A model generated the notes under the pieces. The model had not been told where the DNA came from. It saw only the letters and a program-made list of their open reading frames with translations, and made no database searches. A DNA stretch of 63,734 nucleotides, filler included, from Octopus bimaculoides (taxonomy: Eukaryota), in the NCBI RefSeq assembly GCF_001194135.2. It is 7 parts of 7 records of this genome, joined end to end, with 100 filler letters (N's around TTAATTAATTAA, not from the genome) between each part and the next. Parts side by side here need not be neighbours in the genome. Positions count along the whole stretch, not along the records: positions 30,869 to 44,838 come from NC_069000.1; positions 44,939 to 56,376 come from NC_068985.1; 5 more parts are not named here. One strand, given 5' to 3'. Positions 40,215-53,023 of the stretch are shown piece after piece; the first letter of the stretch is position 1, and each line of letters opens with the position of its first letter. The position numbers and the translations under genes were made by a program.

Positions 40215-40370
40215 CTTTGCAGTATTTCTTCCGGCTCTTTTAAGTTCTGGGGTTAAAATACCACCGAAGTCAACTTTGCCTTTCAGCCTTCGGGTGCGAT
40301 GAAACAAAGTATGAATTAAGCATTAGGGAATGATGTAATCCACTACCCCACCCTCCACTCCGCTCCCCCT
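40215..40370 (+). mobile_element. SINE family B, partial
   Basis: CCGAAGTCAACTTTGCCTTTCAGCCTTCGGGTGCGATGAAAC. Confidence 0.65.
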
Positions 40371-42227
40371 AATATTTCGATAATTTACATGAATTATGAT
40401 AATTTATGTGAACTCGTGAATACTTGTTTCAGGAAACAATGCATTAACTTATGAGATGATCCTCTCTTTGTGCACGGTTTTTGCCCTCTTTCATAAGTCA
40501 TGTGCCGTCTATATTCGCAAATATATTCTCGCACAAACAGGCATATGCGTCGAGGGCCAGAGAGGAAGAGAAAGAGAGGGCATGTTGGAAAGAGAAAGAC
40601 AGAAACGACGCACGATTGAAGCATATTTTCATTATTGAGGGGCGTGATTTTCCTTGTATTCATTTTCTCGTGTCCATCCCATAATAAATATTCTGCATTC
40701 ATTCAGCTTCATTTCGTGAATATGCATACATTAAGAAATGTGTAAAACGTGTAAACCCATATACATATATGAATGCATATGAACATGAGAGGGAGAGAGA
40801 GAGAGTGATTGTATGTGTATGTTTCTATGTGAGACATTCTTCCATTCCACTTAGCAAAACATCTCCTCCTTCTTTATAAAGCTCCACCTCCTTTATTTGT
40901 TTTATTCCGTGGGCAATATTTCAGTTAATTAGACGTAAATTCTTCATATATTTCTTCGCTTCTGCCAATATTTTGGCAAACGCATACTTCCTTTCCAGTT
41001 TACAGCAAATTGCAAAAAAATTCCGTCACTCCACCCAAAAACATTCTTCTGCATCTCATGTAACATTTAACAGTTTTCTTTTCTTTGTAAGTTTTCCATT
41101 TTGTTTTCTTTTTTGTTCACAGAATTCCTTCATTTATATCTTCATGACCGTTCTCTCTGTATCTTTTACGAAGTTACCGCATCCTTCCTTCTATACACAT
41201 GCATATTCAAAGAGCTTATCTCTTCTCATTGAACTCATTTTTATCTAAGATTCAATTGCTATAAATCTTGCAGACAACCTATAGAAAGGCGATATAAAAA
41301 GCAATGAAAAGAGCATATTTATATCTTAAAGAGACACTTAAATTTGCATTTACTCCTTTATTCAAACTATTTCGATACTTAACTCTACGCACATACATAA
41401 AAACACATATATGGGGGGGGGGATGTATATCTATCTATCTATCTATCTNNNNNNNNNNNNNNNNNNNNNNNNNNNNNNNNNNNNNNNNNNNNNNNNNNNN
41501 NNNNNNNNNNNNNNNNNNNNNNNNNNNNNNNNNNNNNNNNNNNNNNNNNNNNNNNNNNNNNNNNNNNNNNNNNNNNNNNNNNNNNNNNNNNNNNNNNNNN
41601 NNNNNNNNNNNNNNNNNNNNNNNNNNNNNNNNNNNNNNNNNNNNNNNNNNNNNNNNNNNNNNNNNNNNNNNNNNNNNNNNNNNNNNNNNNNNNNNNNNNN
41701 NNNNNNNNNNNNNNNNNNNNNNNNNNNNNNNNNNNNNNNNNNNNNNNNNNNNNNNNNNNNNNNNNNNNNNNNNNNNNNNNNNNNNNNNNNNNNNNNNNNN
41801 NNNNNNNNNNNNNNNNNNNNNNNNNNNNNNNNNNNNNNNNNNNNNNNNNNNNNNNNNNNNNNNNNNNNNNNNNNNNNNNNNNNNNNNNNNNNNNNNNNNN
41901 NNNNNNNNNNNNNNNNNNNNNNNNNNNNNNNNNNNNNNNNNNNNNNNNNNNNNNNNNNNNNNNNNNNNNNNNNNNNNNNNNNNNNNNNNNNNNNNNNNNN
42001 NNNNNNNNNNNNNNNNNNNNNNNNNNNNNNNNNNNNNNNNNNNNNNNNNNNNNNNNNNNNNNNNNNNNNNNNNNNNNNNNNNNNTGTGGCCTGCTTGTTT
42101 GTTGCACCTTGTTTACCATTTTGTCCTTGTTCTTTTGCCACGTCATGTACCCAGTTATGTATCTATATGTACATGTAGATGAACGTATATACATACATGT
42201 ACATATATATGCATATACTCATATATT

Positions 42228-42268
<41 letters not shown>

Positions 42269-42304
42269 CACACACACACACACATATATAAATATACATA
42301 TATA

Positions 42305-42500
42305 TATTCTTTTATTCTTTTATTTGTTTCAGTCATTTGACTGCGGCCATGCTGGAGTACTGCCTTTAGTCGAACAAATCGACCGCAGGACTTATTCTTT
42401 GTAAGCCCAGTACTTATTCTCTCGGTCTCTTTTGTCGAACCGCTATGTTACGTGACGTAACACACCAGCATCGGTTGTCAAGAGATGGTGGGGGTACAAC
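42305..42500 (-). mobile_element. SINE family A, 3' half
   Basis: TTCTTTTATTCTTTTATTTGTTTCAGTCATTTGACTGCGGCCATGCTGG...CCAGCATCGGTTGTCAA. Confidence 0.9.
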
Positions 42501-43222
42501 CACATACACATTTGTGGTTTGTTTATGTTGCCGTGTATGTGTGTATATATTCCTAAGTATACGTGGTCGTGTGTGGTTGTGTGTGGTTGTGCGTGGTTGT
42601 GTGTGTTTGTGTGTGTCTCAGCGTGAATATAAGTAATACGTACAGATAAGAAGGGTCTTTACATCAATTTCTGTTCATCTTTCACCTTTTACAATGTATT
42701 CCACCGCTACAGTTAGGGCTTTACCCGCCACACCATGTAACCCTTCGGCCGCCTCACTTAATAGATATATTTCCCTACATATTTCCATATTTCTGTGTCC
42801 TTAGAGAATTTTTCCATCGTTCTCTCAAACTATCCATCATATCGAATCAATACCTTAACCATTCTAGTAGTCACTAATTTTTCCCAATTACCTTAACTCT
42901 GCTTGTTTTTCTCTCACTCGCTCTCTTTACCCCTCACTCTCCTTCTATCTCTCTCTCTCTCTCTCTCTCTCCTTCCATCTATTTCCCTCTTTCATTCTCT
43001 CCATATTTCTGTCCCTGAATCCCTTTCCCCGCCTTTTTCTACTTTCTGTCTCTCACTGTCTCACACATTCATGCTTAGTTCTTCTGCGTCTTTCATTTTC
43101 AGTCTTTGGGGATCGATTTTCATTAAATTTCTCTTCTGTCTCTCTCTACTATCCACTTTCACTTATCCAGAGGCTGTTTTTCCAGCTTGCGTATATGGAT
43201 CTAAAGGACATCTATGTAGCCC

Positions 43223-43292
<70 letters not shown>

Positions 43293-43322
43293 AACCTATC
43301 TGTATGTTTGCATGTGTGTATG

Positions 43323-43369
<47 letters not shown>

Positions 43370-43990
43370 NNNNNNNNNNNNNNNNNNNNNNNNNNNNNNN
43401 NNNNNNNNNNNNNNNNNNNNNNNNNNNNNNNNNNNNNNNNNNNNNNNNNNNNNNNNNNNNNNNNNNNNNNNNNNNNNNNNNNNNNNNNNNNNNNNNNNNN
43501 NNNNNNNNNNNNNNNNNNNNNNNNNNNNNNNNNNNNNNNNNNNNNNNNNNNNNNNNNNNNNNNNNNNNNNNNNNNNNNNNNNNNNNNNNNNNNNNNNNNN
43601 NNNNNNNNNNNNNNNNNNNNNNNNNNNNNNNNNNNNNNNNNNNNNNNNNNNNNNNNNNNNNNNNNNNNNNNNNNNNNNNNNNNNNNNNNNNNNNNNNNNN
43701 NNNNNNNNNNNNNNNNNNNNNNNNNNNNNNNNNNNNNNNNNNNNNNNNNNNNNNNNNNNNNNNNNNNNNNNNNNNNNNNNNNNNNNNNNNNNNNNNNNNN
43801 NNNNNNNNNNNNNNNNNNNNNNNNNNNNNNNNNNNNNNNNNNNNNNNNNNNNNNNNNNNNNNNNNNNNNNNNNNNNNNNNNNNNNNNNNNNNNNNNNNNN
43901 NNNNNNNNNNNNNNNNNNNNNNNNNNNNNNNNNNNNNNNNNNNNNNNNNNNNNNNNNNNNNNNNNNNNNNNNNNNNNNNNNNNNNNNNNN

Positions 43991-44033
<43 letters not shown>

Positions 44034-44609
44034 CATACATACACATACACACACACACACACACACTGAAAATGTGATGCATGTGTGATTGCGTGTCTGT
44101 GATTGCGTATGTGTTTGTATGCCTCTGTGTTTGTATGTGTTTGCCTGTGAGGATGCATGCAGATTTTTGTTTGCAGGTAATTTTCTCGATATTGCCTTTC
44201 TTTTTCAATCTCATTTCCTTTCAAAAATATTTCATTATCTCATTATGTTCGCCATACCTTCGGAAACTCCAGCTACCTCTATATCAACAACCAAATTCTG
44301 TCCCTTCAACACCACCCACCTCCTACATCCTCTTAATTCCCACCACCCTCTTCTTCTTCATACTGCCCGTTTTCATTAGTTAATTCTCAGTTTGTAACCG
44401 TGAAATTTCTAAAAACAAATATTTGATAAATTTTTTTAATTATTTTTAGCTAAAATCACACCGTCGTCATCACCATCACTCCCCCTCCTCACCTCCCCTT
44501 TCTCCTCTTTACTTTCTCCCTCCTTCTCGTCCTCCTCTTCTTCCTCCTCCTCCTCCTCCTCATCATCATCGTCGTCGTCGTCGTTGTTTTTGTTGTTGTT
44601 GTTGTTGTT

Positions 44610-44828
44610 AAGGCGGCGAGCTGCCAGAATCGTTAGCACGCCGGGTAAAATGAAATGCTTAGCGGTATTTCGTCTGTCTATACTTTCTGAGTTCAAATTC
44701 CTTCGAGGTCGACTTTGCCTTTCATCCTTTCGGGGTCGATAAATTAAGTTCCAGTTGCGGAATTTGAACTCAGAACATAAAGAAATATTCGCCCGACGTG
44801 CTAACGTTTCTGCCAGCTCGCTGCCTTT
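44610..44828. mobile_element. SINE family B copy followed by an inverted head fragment (foldback)
   Basis: AAGGCGGCGAGCTGCCAGAA...TTCTGAGTTCAAATTCC is later mirrored by GGAATTTGAACTCAGAA...TTCTGCCAGCTCGCTGCCTT. Confidence 0.9.
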
Positions 44829-44838
44829 GCGTCAATAA

Positions 44839-44938
44839 NNNNNNNNNNNNNNNNNNNNNNNNNNNNNNNNNNNNNNNNNNNNTTAATTAATTAANNNNNN
44901 NNNNNNNNNNNNNNNNNNNNNNNNNNNNNNNNNNNNNN
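44839..44938. other. Artificial scaffold-join spacer
   Basis: TTAATTAATTAA at 44883-44894 inside a 100-bp N block. Confidence 0.9.
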
Positions 44939-45169
44939 GGGATCTCTCTTTCTGTTCACTTACTTCCGAAAGAAAACACGTGTTTTTTCTGTCTCTTCTC
45001 TCATGGCATATTTACCTAGCGTTCATAATAATTTTTCTATCGTCTTGGCCCAACAGCCCTCACAGTTTTTTTTATTTTTTACTGTCTTGTTCTCACTGTC
45101 CTGTTCTTGTTAACACTTTCACCCTCTGCAAAAAATCCCCAAATTTTATTTAATTTGCTCTGCTGGAAG

Positions 45170-45330
45170 GACTGTTCCAACGAAGTCGTATATTGTCCTT
45201 GCCTTCGAAACGCGGAGTAGATGGAACAGGGACAACTGACGAAGGGGTATACTCTTTATGTTGCATGTCTCGTTTCTTTCTTTGTATGTTTTCGTTTCTC
45301 ATTGTGTTTAACGTTTTTTTAATGTCCTAT
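45170..45330 (+). mobile_element. Penelope-like terminal fragment
   Basis: TTCGAAACGCGGAGTAGATGGAACAGGGACAACTGACGAAGGGG; same layout as the 29038 and 31100 copies. Confidence 0.45.
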
Positions 45331-45390
45331 ATGCATGTATGCATACATATAGATGTAGGTATGTACATATACGTACGGATATATGCATAT

Positions 45391-45446
<56 letters not shown>

Positions 45447-45965
45447 TGCTACGAATGTATTTTACTCGGAAAGAAAAAAAAGGGAATTTTCATTTAGGGC
45501 AGTGGATTCGATCTTGAATCTACATAATCCCTTTTAATGTACAACGGCATTTTCCCACGGAGAGGTAGGAATTGACAAGCTGAGAATCTCAACACATGGC
45601 CCTGCCAAGACAATCTATGTATTCTCCACTTGACTCCGCTTGATCCCCTCGGAAAATAATGGTGGACAAGAGATAAGGGAAGGATCTACAACAAACTCCC
45701 ATTGTTTTGGAGCGGTACGTCTTTCTTTCTTTCTCACCATAATGCGATAATCATAAATGCCGACAGACAGCTGGCTGACAGTCAGTTGTGTGGAAGGAAT
45801 CCGATAGCAGTTGTCTAGAGAGCGACAAGCAATGACGTCCATGTGTCACTGTCCATTTCCCACTTCCGCAAGCTCACATCTTCTCGACAGCATCACTATA
45901 TCTTCTTTCACGTGCAGGCTTTTAGCGCCCCCCTCTCTCTGTCTCTGTCTCTCTCTCTCTTTCTC

Positions 45966-46020
<55 letters not shown>

Positions 46021-46293
46021 TTCTCTCTCTCTCACACCCTCCCTATACTCTAGTAGGGATTTCACTTCTAACCACTGGCATCCTCCTCACATCAAGAACT
46101 CTGTATATTGTGACGACTTGTGTAATCGACCCAGGGGATTGTAACAGCTTTGAGCTACCTTCGATCTGTATGTTTTATGCCATTTATCACTACCAAATAC
46201 ATAGATGAATTTGAATACGGGTTGTGTTGTTTTGTTATTTCCGTACTGATTGCTTCTGAAACTTATCCGCAACAATATATATTTAACATTAAT

Positions 46294-46485
46294 TAAAAGA
46301 CATACTAAGTATGTCTATCGGCTGGAAATGACAGTCAAAACTTTTATTTAAATCGCCGAAAATACACTGGTAATAACTACAAAAAATTAGTCTTAAAGGA
46401 CATACTAAGTATGTCTTCCTGCTGGAAATAACAGTCAAAGCTCTTATTTAAATCGCTGAAAATACACTGATAATAACTACAGAAA
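46294..46485. repeat. Two tandem 100-bp units, each starting with a hairpin
   Basis: GACATAC-TAA-GTATGTC...GCTGGAAAT.ACAGTCAAA..T.TTATTTAAATCGC.GAAAATACACTG.TAATAACTACA at period 100. Confidence 0.9.
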
Positions 46486-47043
46486 TCAACCGTCTGCGGG
46501 CAAACGGGCAATAAAAATTAACACTTTCCTTCTCCAAGTTTAGATTCGAGACCGAATCTAAGGATTCTCGCTCGTCCGAACCACCTCGACCAACAGGCAC
46601 GAAAAAAGATTTTCTTTGTCCTGTCAAAAAAATGATGAATCATCTCCCTTTGACCTACGACCTCAGCCATGTCAAGCGAAGTTCAAATGGACAGGAGCTG
46701 ACCTATTTAGGCACAATCTTCAATATGCAATATGTCTGCAATCTGCAATATGTCAGTCCTTCTAGCTACCACGGCTGTTATAAATACCGTGGTCAGCAGA
46801 GGGACGGACAGAAAGGCCTAGGACGCAAAAAGACAGAAAGGCCCTCTATGCAGGCAGAAAGGTTCGCGATAGACAGACAGGCAGAGAGAGAGAGAAAGGT
46901 TCGGACGAAGGGACATGGCAGACTACTATCTCAGATGAACGACACACACACAGACTCAGAACATATTCAGTTCTAACACATCACCTACACAGATGTATCC
47001 TGTTTTTATTCCTCTCAACTCGTAGCAGTTGTAAACAAATACA

Positions 47044-47202
47044 TGTAGTGAAGAATTGTGAATACCAACAAATAATGCAAGTACAGTAGAGAAATTATTT
47101 AAACTGTAAATCGATGTCATTCAGTTATTTACTTCGAGAGCATCCACATACCTATCGCCTCTGTTTACCTCGTTACCTTCTGATACACCTTTAACCACTA
47201 CA
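47044..47202 (+). mobile_element. 5' LTR of Gypsy element 1
   Basis: Begins TGTAGTG and ends CACTACA (7-bp inverted termini), followed by the PBS. Confidence 0.8.
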
Positions 47203-47204
47203 TT

Positions 47205-47215
47205 TGGTGACCCCG
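47205..47215 (+). promoter_or_regulatory. Primer binding site, tRNA-Trp type
   Basis: TGGTGACCCCG, complementary to the ...CGGGGUCACCA 3' end of eukaryotic tRNA-Trp, 2 nt after the LTR. Confidence 0.8.
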
Positions 47216-47399
47216 TCAAAGAATTTCAGCCTTCCCTTGAACCAGCTTCACCAAATGAAGACTTTTTTTTTTTTTTTTGGTACTGCGGTTAAATTTTCCA
47301 TTTCGGCTCTACATTTCGTGATCCTGTCAAAGAATCACAGCTTGCACATCACCCGGCAATGAAACAGAACTGAAAATTCCTGCGACTGATCGGCACATA

Positions 47400-47948
47400 A
47401 TGGCTTCCCCAGAACAGAACCCAGCGGCAAACACATCACGGTCGACATGGCATTCCTTCCACCAAACCTTCCCTTTCGTCATCCTTCCGAAATTTCCGAC
47501 TTGCGTGCATTGGTGACTCAGCGGCCATTACAGATACAGGCCCTGTCAGAGCAGATACGAGCCCTATCGCTTGGTACCCCGTATCGAAACAAGAGCCGAT
47601 CGCGTCGATTTGGTAGACCGTCCCGAAGCCAGAGTGCTACCCGCAACTCGTATGAAACGTGTTGGTAAAGCCGAAAGTTCGGAACGCGGGCGCAGAAATG
47701 CACGATCCCATGCTCGTTTTCAGCATCTATTTTGGGAAATGACACAGCCAGGAATTGAACGCGACGGAAGTTCCTGGCTCTCACCCACAAAGTCGCCTGT
47801 TTTTTGTTTGCGACGTGTAACAGGCACGCGTTTCCTTGTTGACACCGGCGCGGAAGTCAGCATAATCCCTGTTTCCAACACCTCAGGGAAAAGAAAAGAG
47901 ACAGCAATCTGTCTTCAGGCAGTTAACCACTCACCGATTCCAACTTAC
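47400..47948 (+). pseudogene. Gypsy (CsRn1-like) gag-protease relic, internally deleted and 3' truncated
   Basis: Disrupted CHCC-type knuckle TCW..RKFGTRAQKCTIPCSF and aspartic protease FLVDTGAEVSIIP; ends at a TA-rich tract. Confidence 0.9.
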
Positions 47949-47977
47949 ATATATATGTATATATTTGTTTTTTATAT

Positions 47978-48540
47978 CGGGGGTCACCATTTTATAGCGG
48001 CTGTCGGTGGTTCAAGTGCGTGTTATTAAATGGAGAAACAGTTAGTATGAATCACCATAAGACATTTTTGTGTATAAATATTTTGTTTATTCTGTGTTCA
48101 TCTTTTGTGGTGGAAGCGTGTAGTATGATACAAAAATACATGTGTTTACATACAAAGTAAGTTTTGATTTTTGCTTTTGCACTTCAAGAAGTAACATATA
48201 ATATTTGTATTACAGTATGTATGCGCTTGTGTAATGGGAATAGTCACTTTGAAAATGTGTGTATGATAAAATATCTTCGTTTACGAACCATATATCTTGT
48301 GTCGAGGTGAATAGACATGTGAATCGCACGTGGGAGATTGCGCGTGGAGTTGCAGAGAAGACATGTGTCTTTGACCGAAGCTTGGCAGGAACAATAGGTT
48401 TCTATAGTGTAACTCAGAACGAGGCTAGCGTCTCAGAACGAGTCTACTGTATCAAAGTGAGGTTAGTGTATCAAAGCGAGACTAGACGCCTCATCGATAT
48501 GTTCGTCTGCTGTGCATATGAAATATGTAGCTCTGCTACA
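47978..48540 (-). mobile_element. LTR plus PBS of a second Gypsy element in opposite orientation
   Basis: Minus strand starts TGTAGCAG (48540), ends CCGCTATA (47993; likely from ...TACA) and contains AATAAA. It is followed by TGGTGACCCCCG (47989-47978). No similarity to LTR 1. Confidence 0.7.
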
Positions 48541-48639
48541 ATAGAAAGCCCCAACCCGTCACGTTGAAGTCTGCACTGAAACTGATTCGTTTTGCGCCAA
48601 ATCATGGCAGCCACCAGTGTGAAAATAATTTCAATACGG

Positions 48640-49135
48640 AGCAAATAATTCAGGATAATCAACCCATGGAGAACTAGCCCGTAGATTTAGGAACGCTCTG
48701 AAGGAGGTTAAACTCAGCATTAAGACTGTTGAAAAGCCAGAGCTCCATCAGATCGCAGCTATGTAGGACGTACCCCTTTGAGAATACCACATGCATCAAT
48801 GATAACTGCATGGTAAGATTAATCCTGGCATTAATTGTAGAACTAGAAATGTAGCATAAGGTGCATAGAGGGTGCTTGTAAAGGCAAGAACATATTATAC
48901 ATAGGTAAGACATCCAGGAGCATTGCGGAGAGACTAAATGGCCATTTGAGACACTATGACAAAAACAATCCTCCATACTCTACCAACATGCCAAAGACCA
49001 ACATGGAGGCACACTGGGTCAACTTGGCATCTGCATTTTATCCAAGTACCCAAAGGACCTAACTCACAGATAAGTACAAGAGTACATCCTCATTAATAAA
49101 ACATCCACAGTACTAAATAGGAAATATACATAAAA
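48640..49135 (+). mobile_element. Penelope-like element, GIY-YIG endonuclease relic
   Basis: C..RN...C..GACKGKNILYIGKTSRSIAERLNGH and terminal QEYILINKTSTVLNRK. Confidence 0.7.
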
Positions 49136-50602
49136 AGTGTCACACCCCAATACCACAGTTTATGTAGTCACACAAACCCATACACAGATACACACACATA
49201 CAGACACACACACATACAAACAGGCAAACATGAACACAAACACATCAGCACATGGATATGCAGAAAACATATATACAAACGTACACACATGCATACATAT
49301 ATATATGCATACACACACACATACGTGCATACACACATACATGCAGAGTGCATACATACAAACGTGCACACATGCATACCTATGTATATATATGCATACA
49401 CACACATACATGCATACGCACAAGCACACATGCATACATACATACATAATACCTTCAAACGCATGTGTATGCGCACGCGTACTGATGCACACGCATGCGC
49501 ACAAACAAACAAACTAAAAAAGAACGCAGTTCCGATAAAGGACAGTGTCAATAACTATTGAAAAGTTTGCAAGACGCATCGAAAATTTTAGCAAAACTAA
49601 ATAAGTAAATGAGTGGAAATCAGACCGGTGTGTTAAATTGATAAGGCACTGAAAGAGAATGACCGTCCCCAGACAATAATATATATATATATATATANNN
49701 NNNNNNNNNNNNNNNNNNNNNNNNNNNNNNNNNNNNNNNNNNNNNNNNNNNNNNNNNNNNNNNNNNNNNNNNNNNNNNNNNNNNNNNNNNNNNNNNNNNN
49801 NNNNNNNNNNNNNNNNNNNNNNNNNNNNNNNNNNNNNNNNNNNNNNNNNNNNNNNNNNNNNNNNNNNNNNNNNNNNNNNNNNNNNNNNNNNNNNNNNNNN
49901 NNNNNNNNNNNNNNNNNNNNNNNNNNNNNNNNNNNNNNNNNNNNNNNNNNNNNNNNNNNNNNNNNNNNNNNNNNNNNNNNNNNNNNNNNNNNNNNNNNNN
50001 NNNNNNNNNNNNNNNNNNNNNNNNNNNNNNNNNNNNNNNNNNNNNNNNNNNNNNNNNNNNNNNNNNNNNNNNNNNNNNNNNNNNNNNNNNNNNNNNNNNN
50101 NNNNNNNNNNNNNNNNNNNNNNNNNNNNNNNNNNNNNNNNNNNNNNNNNNNNNNNNNNNNNNNNNNNNNNNNNNNNNNNNNNNNNNNNNNNNNNNNNNNN
50201 NNNNNNNNNNNNNNNNNNNNNNNNNNNNNNNNNNNNNNNNNNNNNNNNNNNNNNNNNNNNNNNNNNNNNNNNNNNNNNNNNNNNNNNNNNNNNNNNNNNN
50301 NNNNNNNNNNNNNNNNNNNNNNNNNNNNNNNNNNNNNNNNNNNNNNNNNNNNNNNNNNNNNNNNNNNNNNNNNNNNNNNNNNNNNNNNNNNNNNNNNNNN
50401 NNNNNNNNNNNNNNNNNNNNNNNNNNNNNNNNNNNNNNNNNNNNNNNNNNNNNNNNNNNNNNNNNNNNNNNNNNNNNNNNNNNNNNNNNNNNNNNNNNNN
50501 NNNNNNNNNNNNNNNNNNNNNNNNNNNNNNNNNNNNNNNNNNNNNNNNNNNNNNNNNNNNNNNNNNNNNNNNNNNNNNNNNNNNNNNNNNNNNNNNNNNN
50601 NN

Positions 50603-50680
<78 letters not shown>

Positions 50681-50739
50681 TGTACATGTATGTACATACC
50701 TACAGCTACATGTATATATATATATATATGCATATCTGG

Positions 50740-51300
50740 GTACAGGATGTCACAAAATGAAAAACAGAACATAAACAGAGTACAGAAAACACACAGGCCA
50801 CATATAGAACATTTCCTTCATCAGCTGCCACCATTTTCTAAAACTAAGCGTTTCGAAGAGTTAGGGCATGACGCATTGTTAGAATGGCTCTTCCCGCGGA
50901 AACAAATTAAATTTGTAATGCGGAGAATATCGTGGCGAACAGAAAACATGACAGGAAAACGAAACAATGAAAATAAACAAGAAGGGCTGTTAGGCCTGAC
51001 GTGAAAAAAATAAACGTATACTGAACGCTGTGATGAGACGAACTGGAAGGGAGAGAGAAGTTCGTGATGGCTTGGCAGTGGCCAAGATAAGAAAGGAGGC
51101 AGTAGCCCGACACATGTGACCAGCGAGGGGTAAGGAGAAAGGGTGGTAGAGAGAGAAAAAAAGGGCAGGAAGTAGAATATAGGTGAGCAATAAGAGACAG
51201 GGAGGAAGAGAGAGAGACATAGTAGTGAATGGGAGAGGCGAAGAACAACAGAAGGAAGAACGAAAGGGGAGAAAGATACAAAGATAGAGTCGCGTCAGAA
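50740..51300 (-). mobile_element. Penelope-like terminal fragment
   Basis: Minus strand GAAGAG..CTCTTCGAAACGC...CTGATGAAGG...GACATCCTGTACC, preceded by a pyrimidine tract like other PLE ends here. Confidence 0.5.
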
Positions 51301-51866
51301 ATATAAAGTTAAAACTTACTTGCAAAGATGACGCGTGCGTTCGATCATGTAATACTACAAATATATACATAGTCAATATTGAGGATGTAATTTCCTCGTT
51401 AAGGAAAATACACATTAAATAAAATAAAATAAAATTAAGTATCTACTATATTTCCTCTCTGTTTTCTGATATATATATATATATATATANNNNNNNNNNN
51501 NNNNNNNNNNNNNNNNNNNNNNNNNNNNNNNNNNNNNNNNNNNNNNNNNNNNNNNNNNNNNNNNNNNNNNNNNNNNNNNNNNNNNNNNNNNNNNNNNNNN
51601 NNNNNNNNNNNNNNNNNNNNNNNNNNNNNNNNNNNNNNNNNNNNNNNNNNNNNNNNNNNNNNNNNNNNNNNNNNNNNNNNNNNNNNNNNNNNNNNNNNNN
51701 NNNNNNNNNNNNNNNNNNNNNNNNNNNNNNNNNNNNNNNNNNNNNNNNNNNNTATATTCCCTTATTGGGATTGTCACATTAAGTTGACAATATACAACAA
51801 CTTTATCGCATTACTACTGCTTAACTCTCTCTGAGAGATTTAGAAATATGATATTTCATATATATG

Positions 51867-51901
<35 letters not shown>

Positions 51902-51910
51902 ATATAATTA

Positions 51911-52985
51911 TTATTATTATTTAAAAGTCATAACACATGTATTAAACGCTACTAATAGTTTCATATGTTGAAAGAATTCAAACATATTCTTCAGGTGCAA
52001 ACCACATACCATAACGAACTAAAACAATTGAATAAATAGAAGAAACGTGATGGAGCTGAGAAGGCAGCATATAGAAAATGCAGACAGTAAGCAACAGAAA
52101 GCGAAACTAAAGTGTCAAAGGTAAAAAGTGCTATCCTCCTTAGGCCTTAAATGATAAGGCTGGAAAGATATCAAGTCAGACAGGAATAGGCGAAATTTCC
52201 AACTCTTTAGAATATATTTATACATATGCGTGCAACCACTGAAAATTTCTTACCTGTAGTGCAATAGAGAGTTAGTTAGGGATCTTAGATCTAAACGGGA
52301 TCTGCGCTCTTTTAGCTAAACAAAAGTTTACATTTATTCGATCCATTCACATAAGGTATGGATTTCTCAATTACTTTCCATTTAATCACGTACGGTATTT
52401 CGTTATCTTTCAAAGTCCTTCCGACTTAGGGACAAAAACTACTAAGGTGCCTTGCTACGTATGGACTTTGAAAGGTAACAAAACATCACATGTGATTAAA
52501 TGGAAAGTAATTGAGAAATTCATACCATATGTCAATGGATCGAATAAATGAAGACTTTGTTTAGCTGAAGGAACGCAGTTTCTGTTCAAATCTAAGATCC
52601 CTAACTCTCAATTGAACTCCAGGTCAGAGACTTTCAGTGGTTGCATGCATATGTATAAATATTTTCTGAAGAATTGGAAAATTCCGCCTATTCCTCACTG
52701 ACTTATCATTTAAGGCCTAAGGAGGATAGCACTTTTTACCTTTCGTTTTCCGTTATTTACTGTCTGCGTTTTCTCAGCTTCATTCCGTTTTTTCTATTTA
52801 TTCAATTTTTTTAGTTTGTTATGATATGTGGTTTGCGCCTGAAGAATATGCTTCAGTTCTCTCAAAATATGAAACTATTAGTAGCGCTTTAAGACATGTA
52901 TTCTGACCTTTAAATAATAATATTTATCTCTCACCAGATGAAGTACATTTTTGTTGAATTTTCTATCACGGATCAGTACATTATA
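51911..52985. mobile_element. Foldback element, copy 2 (~500-bp arms)
   Basis: 51911-52418 is the reverse complement of 52463-52920 with indels (e.g. AAAGGTAAAAAGTGCTATCCTCCTTAGGCCTTAAATGATAAG is mirrored exactly). Tail 52914-52985 is homologous to 7208-7279. Confidence 0.9.
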
Positions 52986-52987
52986 TA

Positions 52988-53021
<34 letters not shown>

Positions 53022-53023
<2 letters not shown>

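Noticed and set aside
51921-52913. TTAA at both ends of the large palindrome as a Kolobok/piggyBac TSD
   Set aside because: Pairing and homology to copy 1 continue beyond the TTAA (about 70 bp on the right), so it is internal.
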